Source: Nitrospinaceae bacterium | GTDB lineage: Bacteria > Nitrospinota > Nitrospinia > Nitrospinales > Nitrospinaceae | Assembly: GCA_965237905.1 (NCBI GenBank) | Contig: OZ250172.1 | Location: forward strand, 1,504,001 to 1,568,000 | Length of the DNA stretch: 64,000 nt | Reading direction: 5' to 3' | Shown: one piece after another, positions 20,484-28,978 of the stretch | Layout of the letters: every line of letters starts with the position of its first letter | Position numbering within the stretch: position 1 is the stretch's first letter | Translations under genes and position numbers: made by a program | The notes under the pieces: generated by a model | Databases searched by the model: none | What the model was told of the DNA's origin: nothing | What the model saw: only the letters and a program-made list of their open reading frames with translations

Positions 20484-20494
20484 CCAATGAACTC

Positions 20495-20533
20495 AAAAAA
20501 GAAACTCTTCCCACCCCAAAGGGTGGGAAGAGT
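20495..20533 (-). terminator. Intrinsic terminator after pilin 1
   Basis: 13-bp perfect stem ACTCTTCCCACCC-TTTG-GGGTGGGAAGAGT followed by TTCTTTTTT on the minus strand. Confidence 0.85.
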
Positions 20534-20566
20534 ATCATTGCAATTAAAACCAAACTCCAAATAACC

Positions 20567-20935
20567 TTACATCCGGGCAATTGCGCCAAGAGAGTTGAGG
20601 CTGAAAGAATTGGTAGAGTTAGTATTTTGTCCAGTGCCATTGAAACTGGTCTCAATACCTGTAGCGACAACACTTACGCCAGTCGACTGAATGTAGCCAT
20701 AAGTCGTCAGGGTGTACTGGGCTGAGTTACAAGTAGCCAGAGATCCTGAATCGGCCCAGTAAGCCTTACAAGCCAGATAAATGTTATGCAAGTTGGCTTG
20801 GGCGTCAGAATCGTACGCACGTGATTTATACTGATTGAACTGCGGGATAGCAATAGCCGCCAAAATACCGATGATGGCAATAACGATCAGCAGTTCGATC
20901 AAAGTGAAACCTTTTTGATTTCTTAATTTAGTCAT
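20567..20935 (-). CDS. pilA: Type IVa pilin (pilin 1; 113-aa mature protein)
   Basis: Leader [33 protein letters not shown] with E5; RBS GGAGGAG upstream. Confidence 0.92.
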   Translation of the reverse strand: MTKLRNQKGFTLIELLIVIAIIGILAAIAIPQFNQYKSRAYDSDAQANLHNIYLACKAYWADSGSLATCNSAQYTLTTYGYIQSTGVSVVATGIETSFNGTGQNTNSTNSFSLNSLGAIARM

Positions 20936-21046
20936 TCTATTTACTCCTCCTAAAGACATCAATAATATTTGCCAATAATAAAACCAAAAGCTTTTTGGGA
21001 CTCTCCCCAAATTTTGAATCTAGTATTCGGTTTTGCCATTTAAGAG

Positions 21047-21061
21047 GCAATACCAATGCCA
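21047..21061 (-). promoter_or_regulatory. Sigma54 (-24/-12) promoter of pilin 1
   Basis: Minus strand TGGCATTGGTATTGC = GG-N10-GC. Confidence 0.8.
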
Positions 21062-21101
21062 TACCTTGCAAACCCCACTGAAAATAATACTTTCCCTTAT
21101 T

Positions 21102-21114
21102 TTTCAAATAGTTA
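21102..21114. promoter_or_regulatory. IHF-like site upstream of the pilin 1 sigma54 promoter
   Basis: TTTCAAATAGTTA, one mismatch to WATCAANNNNTTR; same 41-nt offset from the promoter as at pilin 2. Confidence 0.6.
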
Positions 21115-21444
21115 AGGTACTTTAATTTAATTTCTTCCCGGACGTTATCTTATGAAAATTCTCAAAAGAGACAAATTGTGTCACTCTGGAAGACAAAAAT
21201 TGTGCAACTCCATTTGGTACAAGGGGTTCCCCCGAATTACCCAAACTCATTCCGCAAACTGTCTGACGATGATGCCTCTTTAAATATTCTATCGAGGTTG
21301 ATGCAATAATTTGAGTTTTGTTGGAGTAATCCAAGGGAGGTTTGAGGGGGAATTCATCCCCCATCAACGGAAAGCTATCTGACTTGTGAGAATAGAAGGA
21401 ATGTAACAGATGGGAACAACACTTGAAAGACCAAGATGCCGTTA

Positions 21445-21846
21445 TTACAGCCGGTTGATTGTCCCTTTTTGGTCGATACTATACGAGTTGGTGCTGTTGG
21501 TGTTCTGAGCAACGGCCGTAAAAGCCCAATCCACGCCCAAGCCGCTTATACTAACATCCGTTGACTGAATGTAGCCGTAAGTCGTCGTCGCATAGTAAGC
21601 CGAGGTACAAATCGCATTAGACCCACTATCTCCCCAATACGCTTTACAGGCAATATAAACATTATGCAAGTTGGCTTGGGCGTCAGAATCGTAAGAGCGG
21701 CTTTTATATTGATTGAATTGCGGAATGGCAATCGCCGCTAAAATCCCAATGATGGCGATCACAATCAACAACTCAATCAGGGTAAACCCAGCCTGAGAGC
21801 CGGAAGTTTTTCTTTTCAAATTTTTCAACTTATTGACACCTTTCAT
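21445..21846 (-). CDS. pilA: Type IVa pilin (pilin 2; 113-aa mature protein, 20-aa leader)
   Basis: [53 protein letters not shown]; colinear paralogue of pilin 1. Confidence 0.92.
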   Translation of the reverse strand: MKGVNKLKNLKRKTSGSQAGFTLIELLIVIAIIGILAAIAIPQFNQYKSRSYDSDAQANLHNVYIACKAYWGDSGSNAICTSAYYATTTYGYIQSTDVSISGLGVDWAFTAVAQNTNSTNSYSIDQKGTINRL

Positions 21847-21898
21847 TACCGCTCTCCTCATCTTCTTTCTAGAGTTGAATCTTAACAAGCCTAGACAG

Positions 21899-21914
21899 TG
21901 CAAGGGCAATGCCA
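21899..21914 (-). promoter_or_regulatory. Sigma54 (-24/-12) promoter of pilin 2
   Basis: Minus strand TGGCATTGCCCTTGCA = GG-N10-GC. Confidence 0.82.
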
Positions 21915-21954
21915 ACTCAACCATAGTTTCCAGTATAAGGGGCAACTTTCCGTT

Positions 21955-21967
21955 TATCAATTAGTTA
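21955..21967. promoter_or_regulatory. IHF site upstream of the pilin 2 sigma54 promoter
   Basis: TATCAATTAGTTA, exact match to WATCAANNNNTTR. Confidence 0.7.
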
Positions 21968-22122
21968 TAAACTTACTCTTGAATATCCTAATTCCAATAC
22001 TATGTATAATCCGAAGTTCCACACCATAAACTGACAAAAATAGGAACTATGATAGACTCTATGGCCGAAAATTGTTTGGACTCCATTCGATTTCAAGGTA
22101 AGGTTTTTGGAATAAGGATAAA

Positions 22123-22833
22123 TTGATGATGAAAAACTCTCCCAAAGAAAAATCAGGCATCCTTGGAGGAACCTTTGACCCGATCACTTTGGGGCATCTG
22201 GGCCTGGCGCAGGATATTCAGAAAAAAATGAACCTGGACCAGGTATGGTTTATTCCCGCCTGGCAGTCCCCTCATAAACAAGGCCAACCCGCCACCGACG
22301 CCGGCCACCGGTTGAACATGCTGAAGGAAGCCCTGGCCCTATATCCAAATTTTGAAATTTCGGAAATCGAACTCAATCAAAAAAGAGTTTCCTATACCAT
22401 TAATACCCTGACCGCGCTCCAAAGCCAGCACCCGGATACCGAATGGTATTTGATCCTGGGAATGGATACCTTTCGGGACTTTGCTACCTGGAAAAATGTC
22501 CGGGAAATTTTAGAGAGAGTTCACCTGGCCGTCGCCACCCGTCCCGGCTACCCGAACGACCTCGCCCCAAAAACCTTGCAAGTCCTGATGGACAACCTCC
22601 CCTTTTCATATCAGTTGCACCGGCAGACAAGCGAGGTCCGGACCTACCTGTGTCAAGAGACCGGGAAGACTCTCGTTTTTTGTGACATCGAACCTATCGA
22701 TGTATCCTCCAGCGAAACACGTGAAAAGGTAAAGTCCGGTTTATCAGTCAAAAAGATGTTGCCACCCGAAGTTGAACAGTATATTATGACCCATCATTTA
22801 TACCAAGCAGACCCCCGGCCGCAACCTGAATGA
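22123..22833 (+). CDS. nadD: Nicotinate-nucleotide adenylyltransferase
   Basis: GGTFDPITLGH, SYTINTL, ILGMD, W, VSSSETR; start may be ATG 22126 or 22129. Confidence 0.95.
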   Translation: MMMKNSPKEKSGILGGTFDPITLGHLGLAQDIQKKMNLDQVWFIPAWQSPHKQGQPATDAGHRLNMLKEALALYPNFEISEIELNQKRVSYTINTLTALQSQHPDTEWYLILGMDTFRDFATWKNVREILERVHLAVATRPGYPNDLAPKTLQVLMDNLPFSYQLHRQTSEVRTYLCQETGKTLVFCDIEPIDVSSSETREKVKSGLSVKKMLPPEVEQYIMTHHLYQADPRPQPE

Positions 22834-23186
22834 AAGCACCCTTAAGCGAGCTTCAACAATTGGTGGTGGATGCCGCTACCGAAAAAAAAGCTTCCGACAT
22901 TATCATTCTTGACTTGAGAACCCGAACCGATCTAACGGACTACTTTATGATCTGTAGTGGCCGGTCCAAGGTTCAGGTGCAGGCTATTGCGGATAGCATT
23001 CTGGAACGATCCTATCAAAGCCCCTTCAAGGTGCATACCGTGGAAGGCCGTTCCACCGGCAACTGGATCATCCTGGATCTGGGAGATTTGATGGTCCATG
23101 TGTTTCATCAAGAAACAAGAAGTCATTACGATTTGGAACGGCTGTGGGGAGATGTTCCCGTTATCGCTGAAATGAGTGGTTCATAG
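22830..23186 (+). CDS. rsfS: Ribosome silencing factor (Iojap)
   Basis: KKASDI..LD, DYFMICSG, WIILDLGDLMVHVF..R..YDLERLW; directly follows nadD. Confidence 0.95.
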   Translation: MKAPLSELQQLVVDAATEKKASDIIILDLRTRTDLTDYFMICSGRSKVQVQAIADSILERSYQSPFKVHTVEGRSTGNWIILDLGDLMVHVFHQETRSHYDLERLWGDVPVIAEMSGS

Positions 23187-23206
23187 AATGTGGAGAATCT
23201 TAAAGC

Positions 23207-23602
23207 ATGAAGTACGAAAATCTTCCGGAAATGAAATCCAAATTGCAGGACATCCGCTCCCGATTACTGGGCGGAATCGAAAAAACCCTCAAAACGAGCC
23301 AGGATGAGGGATTCACCCAGCTCATTCCTGATATCACAGACGACGCGTCCCGTTCCTTTTCACGGCAAATGCTACTCAACCTTGGAGAACAGGACCGAGA
23401 AAGATTGATTCAGGTGGAGGAAGCTCTCTATCAAATCGAAAACGGCGGATATGGAATCTGCAAATTATGCGAGACATCCATTCCCGAGGCCCGGTTGAAA
23501 GTGGTCCCTTTTACCCAGCATTGCGTTGCCTGCCTGAATCAAGTCGAACAGGGCCAGAAAAACAACGGACATAACGGATCGGATCAACTCGAAGCCTTTT
23601 AA
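23207..23602 (+). CDS. dksA: DksA/TraR C4-type zinc finger protein
   Basis: DxxDxA tip motif (DITDDA), YGICKLC..IPEARL..P..CVAC. Confidence 0.8.
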   Translation: MKYENLPEMKSKLQDIRSRLLGGIEKTLKTSQDEGFTQLIPDITDDASRSFSRQMLLNLGEQDRERLIQVEEALYQIENGGYGICKLCETSIPEARLKVVPFTQHCVACLNQVEQGQKNNGHNGSDQLEAF

Positions 23603-23697
23603 ATCCGCTTTTCCAGACCACCTGCCGACCAAATTCCACCTGAGGGCTAAAATTGGTTATACTGTTATGAACCAATCTATATAAGGGCTGCCGTCAC

Positions 23698-25014
23698 GTG
23701 TCTCTACGACTGATCATTACTTTCGTCTTTTTCACTCTCCTGACCGTATATTTCACCTTATTGAATCCGGGAGATGTTGAAATCCACCTGACCCAGAACA
23801 CCTCTTTTCCCATTCCGGCGGCGGTGTTCCTGTTGATTTCTGTTTTGATCGGGGTACTGCTGACTTCCATCTTTACCGGTTACAGCCAAATCAAAAACGC
23901 CTTCAAGCGGTTTCTGAAAAACCGGCCCCTGGAAAACAAAATCCGTCGACGAAAACAATGGAAAAAACTGTACCAAAAAGCCGAAAACGCCCTGAAAGGC
24001 GGGCACCGTGAGCGGGCGCTCTCACTATTCAATAAAATTTTGAATGGAAACCCAAAGCACATTGCTGCTCTGATTCAATTGGGCAACATTTACCGGGAAA
24101 TGGGAAAAACCACAAAAGCCCTCGAGGCGCACCAAAAAGCGGTCGATGCCGACCGGGACAACCCTCAGGCGCTCCAATGCCTGGCAGAGGATTTCGCCAC
24201 TGCAGGACAGTTAAGCAAAGCCATCGACGCTCTGAAACAAGCCCGCCATTTGGAACCTGATTCCCTATTCACCCTCCGTAAATTGAGAGAAGCTTACCGG
24301 AAACAGGGCACCTGGAATCTGGTTCTGCAAATTCAAAAATCCATTTTGTCGCATATCTCGAACGCCAAAGAACTTGAACAGGAAAAAGAATATTCCAGTC
24401 AAATCGCCTACCTCCGGGGATGCGAGCTGATCAGTCAACAACAAATTGAACCGGCAATTTCCGAATTGAAACGGGCCATCAAAGAAAACCCGAAATCGCT
24501 TCCCCCTTATATTAAATTGGGAGACCTGTATCAGCAAAACGGCAATTCGAAAGCGGCGATCAAAACCTGGAAATCCGGCTTTGAAATCACCGGATCCCAC
24601 ATCTGCCTGCTTCGTCTGCGAGCGGCCTATGAACAAGCGGAACAACCGGACGAAGTGATCAAACTGTATCAGGAAGCCGTTCGCGCTTCCCAGAACTCGA
24701 AAAAGGAAACGTTGGTCCTCACCCTGGCCGGGCTGTATCTTGATCAAGGCAAATTGGAAGAAGCCATGCAAATCCTGTGGAGTATTGCATCACCTTCCAT
24801 CCCTGCCCACCTTCTTCTCATCAAGGCGCACCAGGACAAACACGAAGCGGAAAAGGCGGATCAAGTCATTCGCGCCGCCTTGAAAAAATTGACGACCTCA
24901 CTTTCCAAGTTCGTCTGTCGGCAATGCAATAGTGAATTTGATCAATGGTCGGGGATATGTCCGGAGTGTCAGGCGTGGGACAGCCTCGATTCCGCCATAC
25001 AACATACCCTCTGA
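23698..25014 (+). CDS. LapA-like membrane domain + TPR + C-terminal rubredoxin-like Zn knuckle (LapB/YciM-like)
   Basis: Two N-terminal TM helices, multiple TPRs, CRQC..W..CPECQAWDS. Confidence 0.8.
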   Translation: MSLRLIITFVFFTLLTVYFTLLNPGDVEIHLTQNTSFPIPAAVFLLISVLIGVLLTSIFTGYSQIKNAFKRFLKNRPLENKIRRRKQWKKLYQKAENALKGGHRERALSLFNKILNGNPKHIAALIQLGNIYREMGKTTKALEAHQKAVDADRDNPQALQCLAEDFATAGQLSKAIDALKQARHLEPDSLFTLRKLREAYRKQGTWNLVLQIQKSILSHISNAKELEQEKEYSSQIAYLRGCELISQQQIEPAISELKRAIKENPKSLPPYIKLGDLYQQNGNSKAAIKTWKSGFEITGSHICLLRLRAAYEQAEQPDEVIKLYQEAVRASQNSKKETLVLTLAGLYLDQGKLEEAMQILWSIASPSIPAHLLLIKAHQDKHEAEKADQVIRAALKKLTTSLSKFVCRQCNSEFDQWSGICPECQAWDSLDSAIQHTL

Positions 25015-25116
25015 TTTTCAGCAGGGAATAGCGACGGCAAGACAGGGTAACCGCTCCCGGGAAGGCACACGGGTGCCGACCCGATTCGCGTCATAAAGAA
25101 AAACGTGGGGATTTTC

Positions 25117-25659
25117 TTAGGGATTCATCAAGTGGGCGTCTATCAACTTGGTGCCGTTGGCATAGTTCTTCGCCGAAAGTAAGCGCTCATTGTTCAATTG
25201 AAAGTATAGACCCAGCTTGGGATATCGCATCACCTGTGAAGTCAAAGAAGTGGGCAGGCCATATTCACCGATCAGCATTTCGTACTTAACCCCCAGCTTG
25301 ATCCCGCTTGCAGACTTGAACTTTCCTTTAAAGGTAGGCCCCACTTCAATTCCCTCAATTTTAGATCCGCCCGACATGGCCCGCACCACCAAACCGTATT
25401 TGGCATAGGTAATCTCGATACTGTCGCGGTCCGGCGACGTTCCACGAATCACTTTAACCTTGTCGGGAATTCCCAGTAGCACCATTGTACTGCTCAAAGG
25501 CATTCCGGGTTTCACGTTTTCACCGATCACAATTTGACCCGGAGTAAGGGACGCCCCCGGAACCGTGGACCTCTCTTGGGCAATCGCCACACTGGCTATC
25601 AAACTCATTAACAAGACCCAAAACATCGTTTTTCCGGTTCTCACAATGTTCTCCTTCAT
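25117..25659 (-). CDS. Hypothetical secreted protein with internal two-fold repeat
   Basis: Signal peptide; repeated unit VKPGM..LGIPD..YAKYGL / IKLGV..YGLPT..YPKLGL. Confidence 0.7.
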   Translation of the reverse strand: MKENIVRTGKTMFWVLLMSLIASVAIAQERSTVPGASLTPGQIVIGENVKPGMPLSSTMVLLGIPDKVKVIRGTSPDRDSIEITYAKYGLVVRAMSGGSKIEGIEVGPTFKGKFKSASGIKLGVKYEMLIGEYGLPTSLTSQVMRYPKLGLYFQLNNERLLSAKNYANGTKLIDAHLMNP

Positions 25660-25953
25660 ATGGATTGAATGGAAACAGTAAACCCAACTCCCGAAAACCC
25701 TTCACATCGGGCCGGGGTCGCATAACTTTTTAGGATTCAATGTATTAAATCCAGTATAAGGGATTTAGGATAGATTGGTAGGACTTTTTGCCCTTTATCC
25801 CTAAAATTTCAAGGACTTCGGGCCGCTCCGCGAGGTCCGATTGTGGACGGGGCGGCGGCGTATCGCCGCGAATAGCTTTAAAACTGTAAACCGCGCGTAG
25901 AGATCATCGCCTGCCGTCAACGGTTAGCAAGTTTCCCCTCCCCGTCAGGGGAG

Positions 25954-27279
25954 TCAGTCATTTCCCTCTCCGGGCAGGAGGCGCCTCCGGTCCCGTTTTT
26001 TACGGGTTTTATCGCGCTCAAACTCCCGCCAGCGCCGGGGATCTTCCTTCAACTGGAGCAGGGTGTCCTCGGCCTCCTCTTCCAGCCATAAATCCTCCAA
26101 AACAGAGCCTTTTTTCGCCAATTTTGTGGGTTCTTTCGGCAGGTATTTGCGGCGCTCCTCGGCCTCTTTCTGGGTCAGGCCCAGCTCCATATCCAGCAGA
26201 TCCTTGCCCACTAACCCCTTTTTTCTCTTGGCCAGGGCCTCGCCGCGGAGTTTGATTTCCTTGCCATTGACCAACCCCGATTGCCAGTCCTGCGGGATAC
26301 CAGCCAACCCGTGAACGGCCCCCGCCCAACAACCGACGAGAGCGCCCAGCTTATCCGCCTCCCTCCCCAGATTGAGTGTCCCGGTTAACACGTTCGAAAA
26401 ATCCTGACCCGGCGTCAACAACCGCACCAACGCCAGCGGCAAAATGGTCAGTGCATGTCCCTGCGTCGCATGTACAATTTCCGTTTTGATATAAGAAGAC
26501 GCGTTGTCACAAATCCAGGCCAGCAAATTTTCCAATTGCCCTTGTGAATATTGATTAGCAAGATCGTTCAATGTCCGGCTCATGGCCTCCGGATTTTTTT
26601 CCGCTAACGTAAAGCGGTCCGGATAGTTTTCGCGATACCACGCCTCCGCCGCCTTGCAAAATTCCGCCGTCTCACTCAGCAAGGCCGCACCTTCCGGCAA
26701 TCCCTCTTCATTCAAAAGACGCACGGTAATAAATCCCGTCACCGCCACACCCACGACTTCCCACGGGTGACGGCTCAACAACAGTGCCGCCTCGATACAA
26801 TACTGCATCAACGTTTTGGACGGTCGTTGTTGATACAGGGCAAGCGGCACCGCCATAGAAAAATAACAGGCATAAGCCGAAGCCTGATCTGCCCTCAACG
26901 GCTCGGAGCGATTGGGAATCTCCTGCACGCTTTTATAAAAGCACCCCTCCGGCCGGCGAAACATGCCGAAATAGTTTTCTGGTCCGTGGGCGCTCAATCG
27001 TACCAGCAGATCGCAGATATCCTCGCCGTTCGGTTTTTTGGTTTTCAACAACGAATCGCACACCGCCAGCGCGCGTTGGGTCTGCACCCCATATAATCCT
27101 GCCATGCGGTACTGTTTGATGCCCTTACCGATGAACGGTCGTACGTCATGGTAGCGGTCGACCTGCTTGAAATACTGCTTCACCGTCTCCGGCTTGAGAC
27201 CCTTGACCGACTGCCCCAGCGCATCCCCAATGGCCATGCCCATCCAACTGCCTAATATTTTGTCCTTCAGATCACTCAT
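25954..27279 (-). CDS. ADP-ribosylglycohydrolase (DraG/ARH) family protein with degenerate metal motifs
   Basis: GMAIGDALG, GREADKLGALVGCWAGAVHG..IPQDW; charged C-terminal tail. Confidence 0.82.
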   Translation of the reverse strand: MSDLKDKILGSWMGMAIGDALGQSVKGLKPETVKQYFKQVDRYHDVRPFIGKGIKQYRMAGLYGVQTQRALAVCDSLLKTKKPNGEDICDLLVRLSAHGPENYFGMFRRPEGCFYKSVQEIPNRSEPLRADQASAYACYFSMAVPLALYQQRPSKTLMQYCIEAALLLSRHPWEVVGVAVTGFITVRLLNEEGLPEGAALLSETAEFCKAAEAWYRENYPDRFTLAEKNPEAMSRTLNDLANQYSQGQLENLLAWICDNASSYIKTEIVHATQGHALTILPLALVRLLTPGQDFSNVLTGTLNLGREADKLGALVGCWAGAVHGLAGIPQDWQSGLVNGKEIKLRGEALAKRKKGLVGKDLLDMELGLTQKEAEERRKYLPKEPTKLAKKGSVLEDLWLEEEAEDTLLQLKEDPRRWREFERDKTRKKRDRRRLLPGEGND

Positions 27280-27425
27280 AATCCGTGAAAGGTATCACGA
27301 AACAAACCTGTTTTGCTAGACCGCGCTAAAGTAGCGTGATTAATCACTCCCGGATATTACCTGTCCAAAATACCCGCCAATATTTTATACTGAATGAAAG
27401 TTTCTCAATTTTTCCTGGAGACTCC

Positions 27426-28013
27426 ATGAAGAAAACATGCATGATTAGCATTATGATCTTGATGTTATTTTCAGACCCTGCCTATGGCCATCCCAGAGAT
27501 GTCCCCGTCACCAAACAGGTAAAAACCATAAATCTGTTTTTTAAAGTGCTATCCAAAACCTCCGTTCAAAAATATTCCGACTTGGTCACCCTATTTGGTC
27601 ACCATGGAGATCATGAATACGGAGTTCTAATAGGATTTTTTCCTCAAATTGACTTTTCAAAAGTTGAATGGTCGAACTTACCACCTGAGGTTAGGGAATT
27701 TTTAAAAAAATACACTCCCCCTCAGGAAAAAAAATCGAGATATTTGCAATGTATCAAATTTTCAGAACCTGATAAGTTTGAAGACAATTTAAAAATAGAT
27801 ATTCAACTCCCGCCCAAATTTATAGGATCCTATAACGACAGAGAATTTACGGTAACCAGAGGAGACCGCACCTATATGTTCCAATTCGATTCCGATGAAA
27901 CAATGATCAACCGCATGATATTTCCCAACGGGAAAAATGAAATCGAGTTACTAGATCAATGCCCAAAACTTATAAAACTGGATGTGGAAATCCCCAAAAT
28001 AAATAAAAAATAG
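27426..28013 (+). CDS. Hypothetical secreted protein, AT-rich
   Basis: RBS GGAG then MKKTCMISIMILMLFSDPAYG signal peptide; no recognisable family. Confidence 0.7.
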   Translation: MKKTCMISIMILMLFSDPAYGHPRDVPVTKQVKTINLFFKVLSKTSVQKYSDLVTLFGHHGDHEYGVLIGFFPQIDFSKVEWSNLPPEVREFLKKYTPPQEKKSRYLQCIKFSEPDKFEDNLKIDIQLPPKFIGSYNDREFTVTRGDRTYMFQFDSDETMINRMIFPNGKNEIELLDQCPKLIKLDVEIPKINKK

Positions 28014-28044
28014 TGATTAATGCCTGGCTATTCTCTGCGGTGCT

Positions 28045-28074
28045 AAATCCCCCCAGCCCCCTTCAAGAAGGGGG
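28045..28074 (+). repeat. REP-like repeat family A (AAATCCCCC-n-CCCCCTT-n-AAGGGGG)
   Basis: Further copies at 58999-59028 (inverted), 60322-60351 and 62712-62741. Confidence 0.8.
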
Positions 28075-28080
28075 AGTTTT

Positions 28081-28851
28081 CTATTCCACGGGGATGAGGA
28101 CGGAGGGGGTGCTTTGGCGGGCGGGGAAGAGGGTGGCAGGGTGGTCGCCCAAAACCCTACGGGCGTAATCCATTGCGATTTCCGGATGGTTGTTGGATTC
28201 GCTCAGGTGCATCAATACTACCGTTTTAAGCGCATCGTGTTTTACCTGCGCCAGCAGATCGGCGCAGGCCTCGTTCGACAAATGGCCAACGTCGCTTTGG
28301 ATTCTCTGCTTGAGCGGCCACGGGTAAAATCCGTTCTCCAGCATGCGTTCGTCGTGATTCGATTCCACTAGCAGGGTGTCGCAGTCTTGCAATTTCTCTA
28401 CGATGCGCGGGGTGATCCGGCCCAAGTCGGTGATATGCCCGAGCTTCTTTGATCCACAGCGCACCACATAAGCGACCGACTCCGCCGCGTCGTGCGGGGT
28501 ACCGAACGACTCGACCGTTAAATCCCCGACTACGGCTTCGTCCTCTCTCTCAAGGGTCCGCCAGTCGACGTCGGGGCTGACGTGCCGCCGCAGTGCTTCC
28601 CGCGTGCCGCGCGTGCCGTAAACGGGTGTGCCGTGTTTTTTGGTGAGGGCTCCCGCGCCGCTGATATGGTCGGAATGTTCGTGGGTGAGAAACAAAGCTG
28701 TAACGTCCTGCGGCTCGCGCCGGATATGTTCCAGCCGCTTTTTCAGGACGCGCGGACCAAGACCAATATCGATCAGGATACGCGCCTGGCCGCTTTCGAT
28801 ATAGACGGCGTTACCCTTACTGCCGCTGGCGAGTACGGAAAACTGAAAAAT
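28081..28851 (-). CDS. MBL-fold metallo-hydrolase, YycJ/WalJ-like; probable ATT start
   Basis: FSVLASGSKGN, ILIDIG, LTHEHSDH, PHDA, TDLG, ESNHD, GHLSN, HLSESNN; conserved frame extends 52 codons upstream of the TTG at 28695. Confidence 0.9.
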   Translation of the reverse strand: MFQFSVLASGSKGNAVYIESGQARILIDIGLGPRVLKKRLEHIRREPQDVTALFLTHEHSDHISGAGALTKKHGTPVYGTRGTREALRRHVSPDVDWRTLEREDEAVVGDLTVESFGTPHDAAESVAYVVRCGSKKLGHITDLGRITPRIVEKLQDCDTLLVESNHDERMLENGFYPWPLKQRIQSDVGHLSNEACADLLAQVKHDALKTVVLMHLSESNNHPEIAMDYARRVLGDHPATLFPARQSTPSVLIPVE

Positions 28852-28978
28852 GGTTTTTCCCCTTTCTGCGCCCTCTACCGAGGGAGGATACTGGCTGACG
28901 ATTCATTGCAACCGATGAGTCCCGTGCGCAATTTAAAAATGAGTCCAGCGTCACGCTGGTTCGCCCCACGCGGAGCGG

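Noticed and set aside
20567..21846. pilE/pilS-type silent-cassette antigenic variation
   Set aside because: Both pilins are full length with RBS and their own sigma54 promoters
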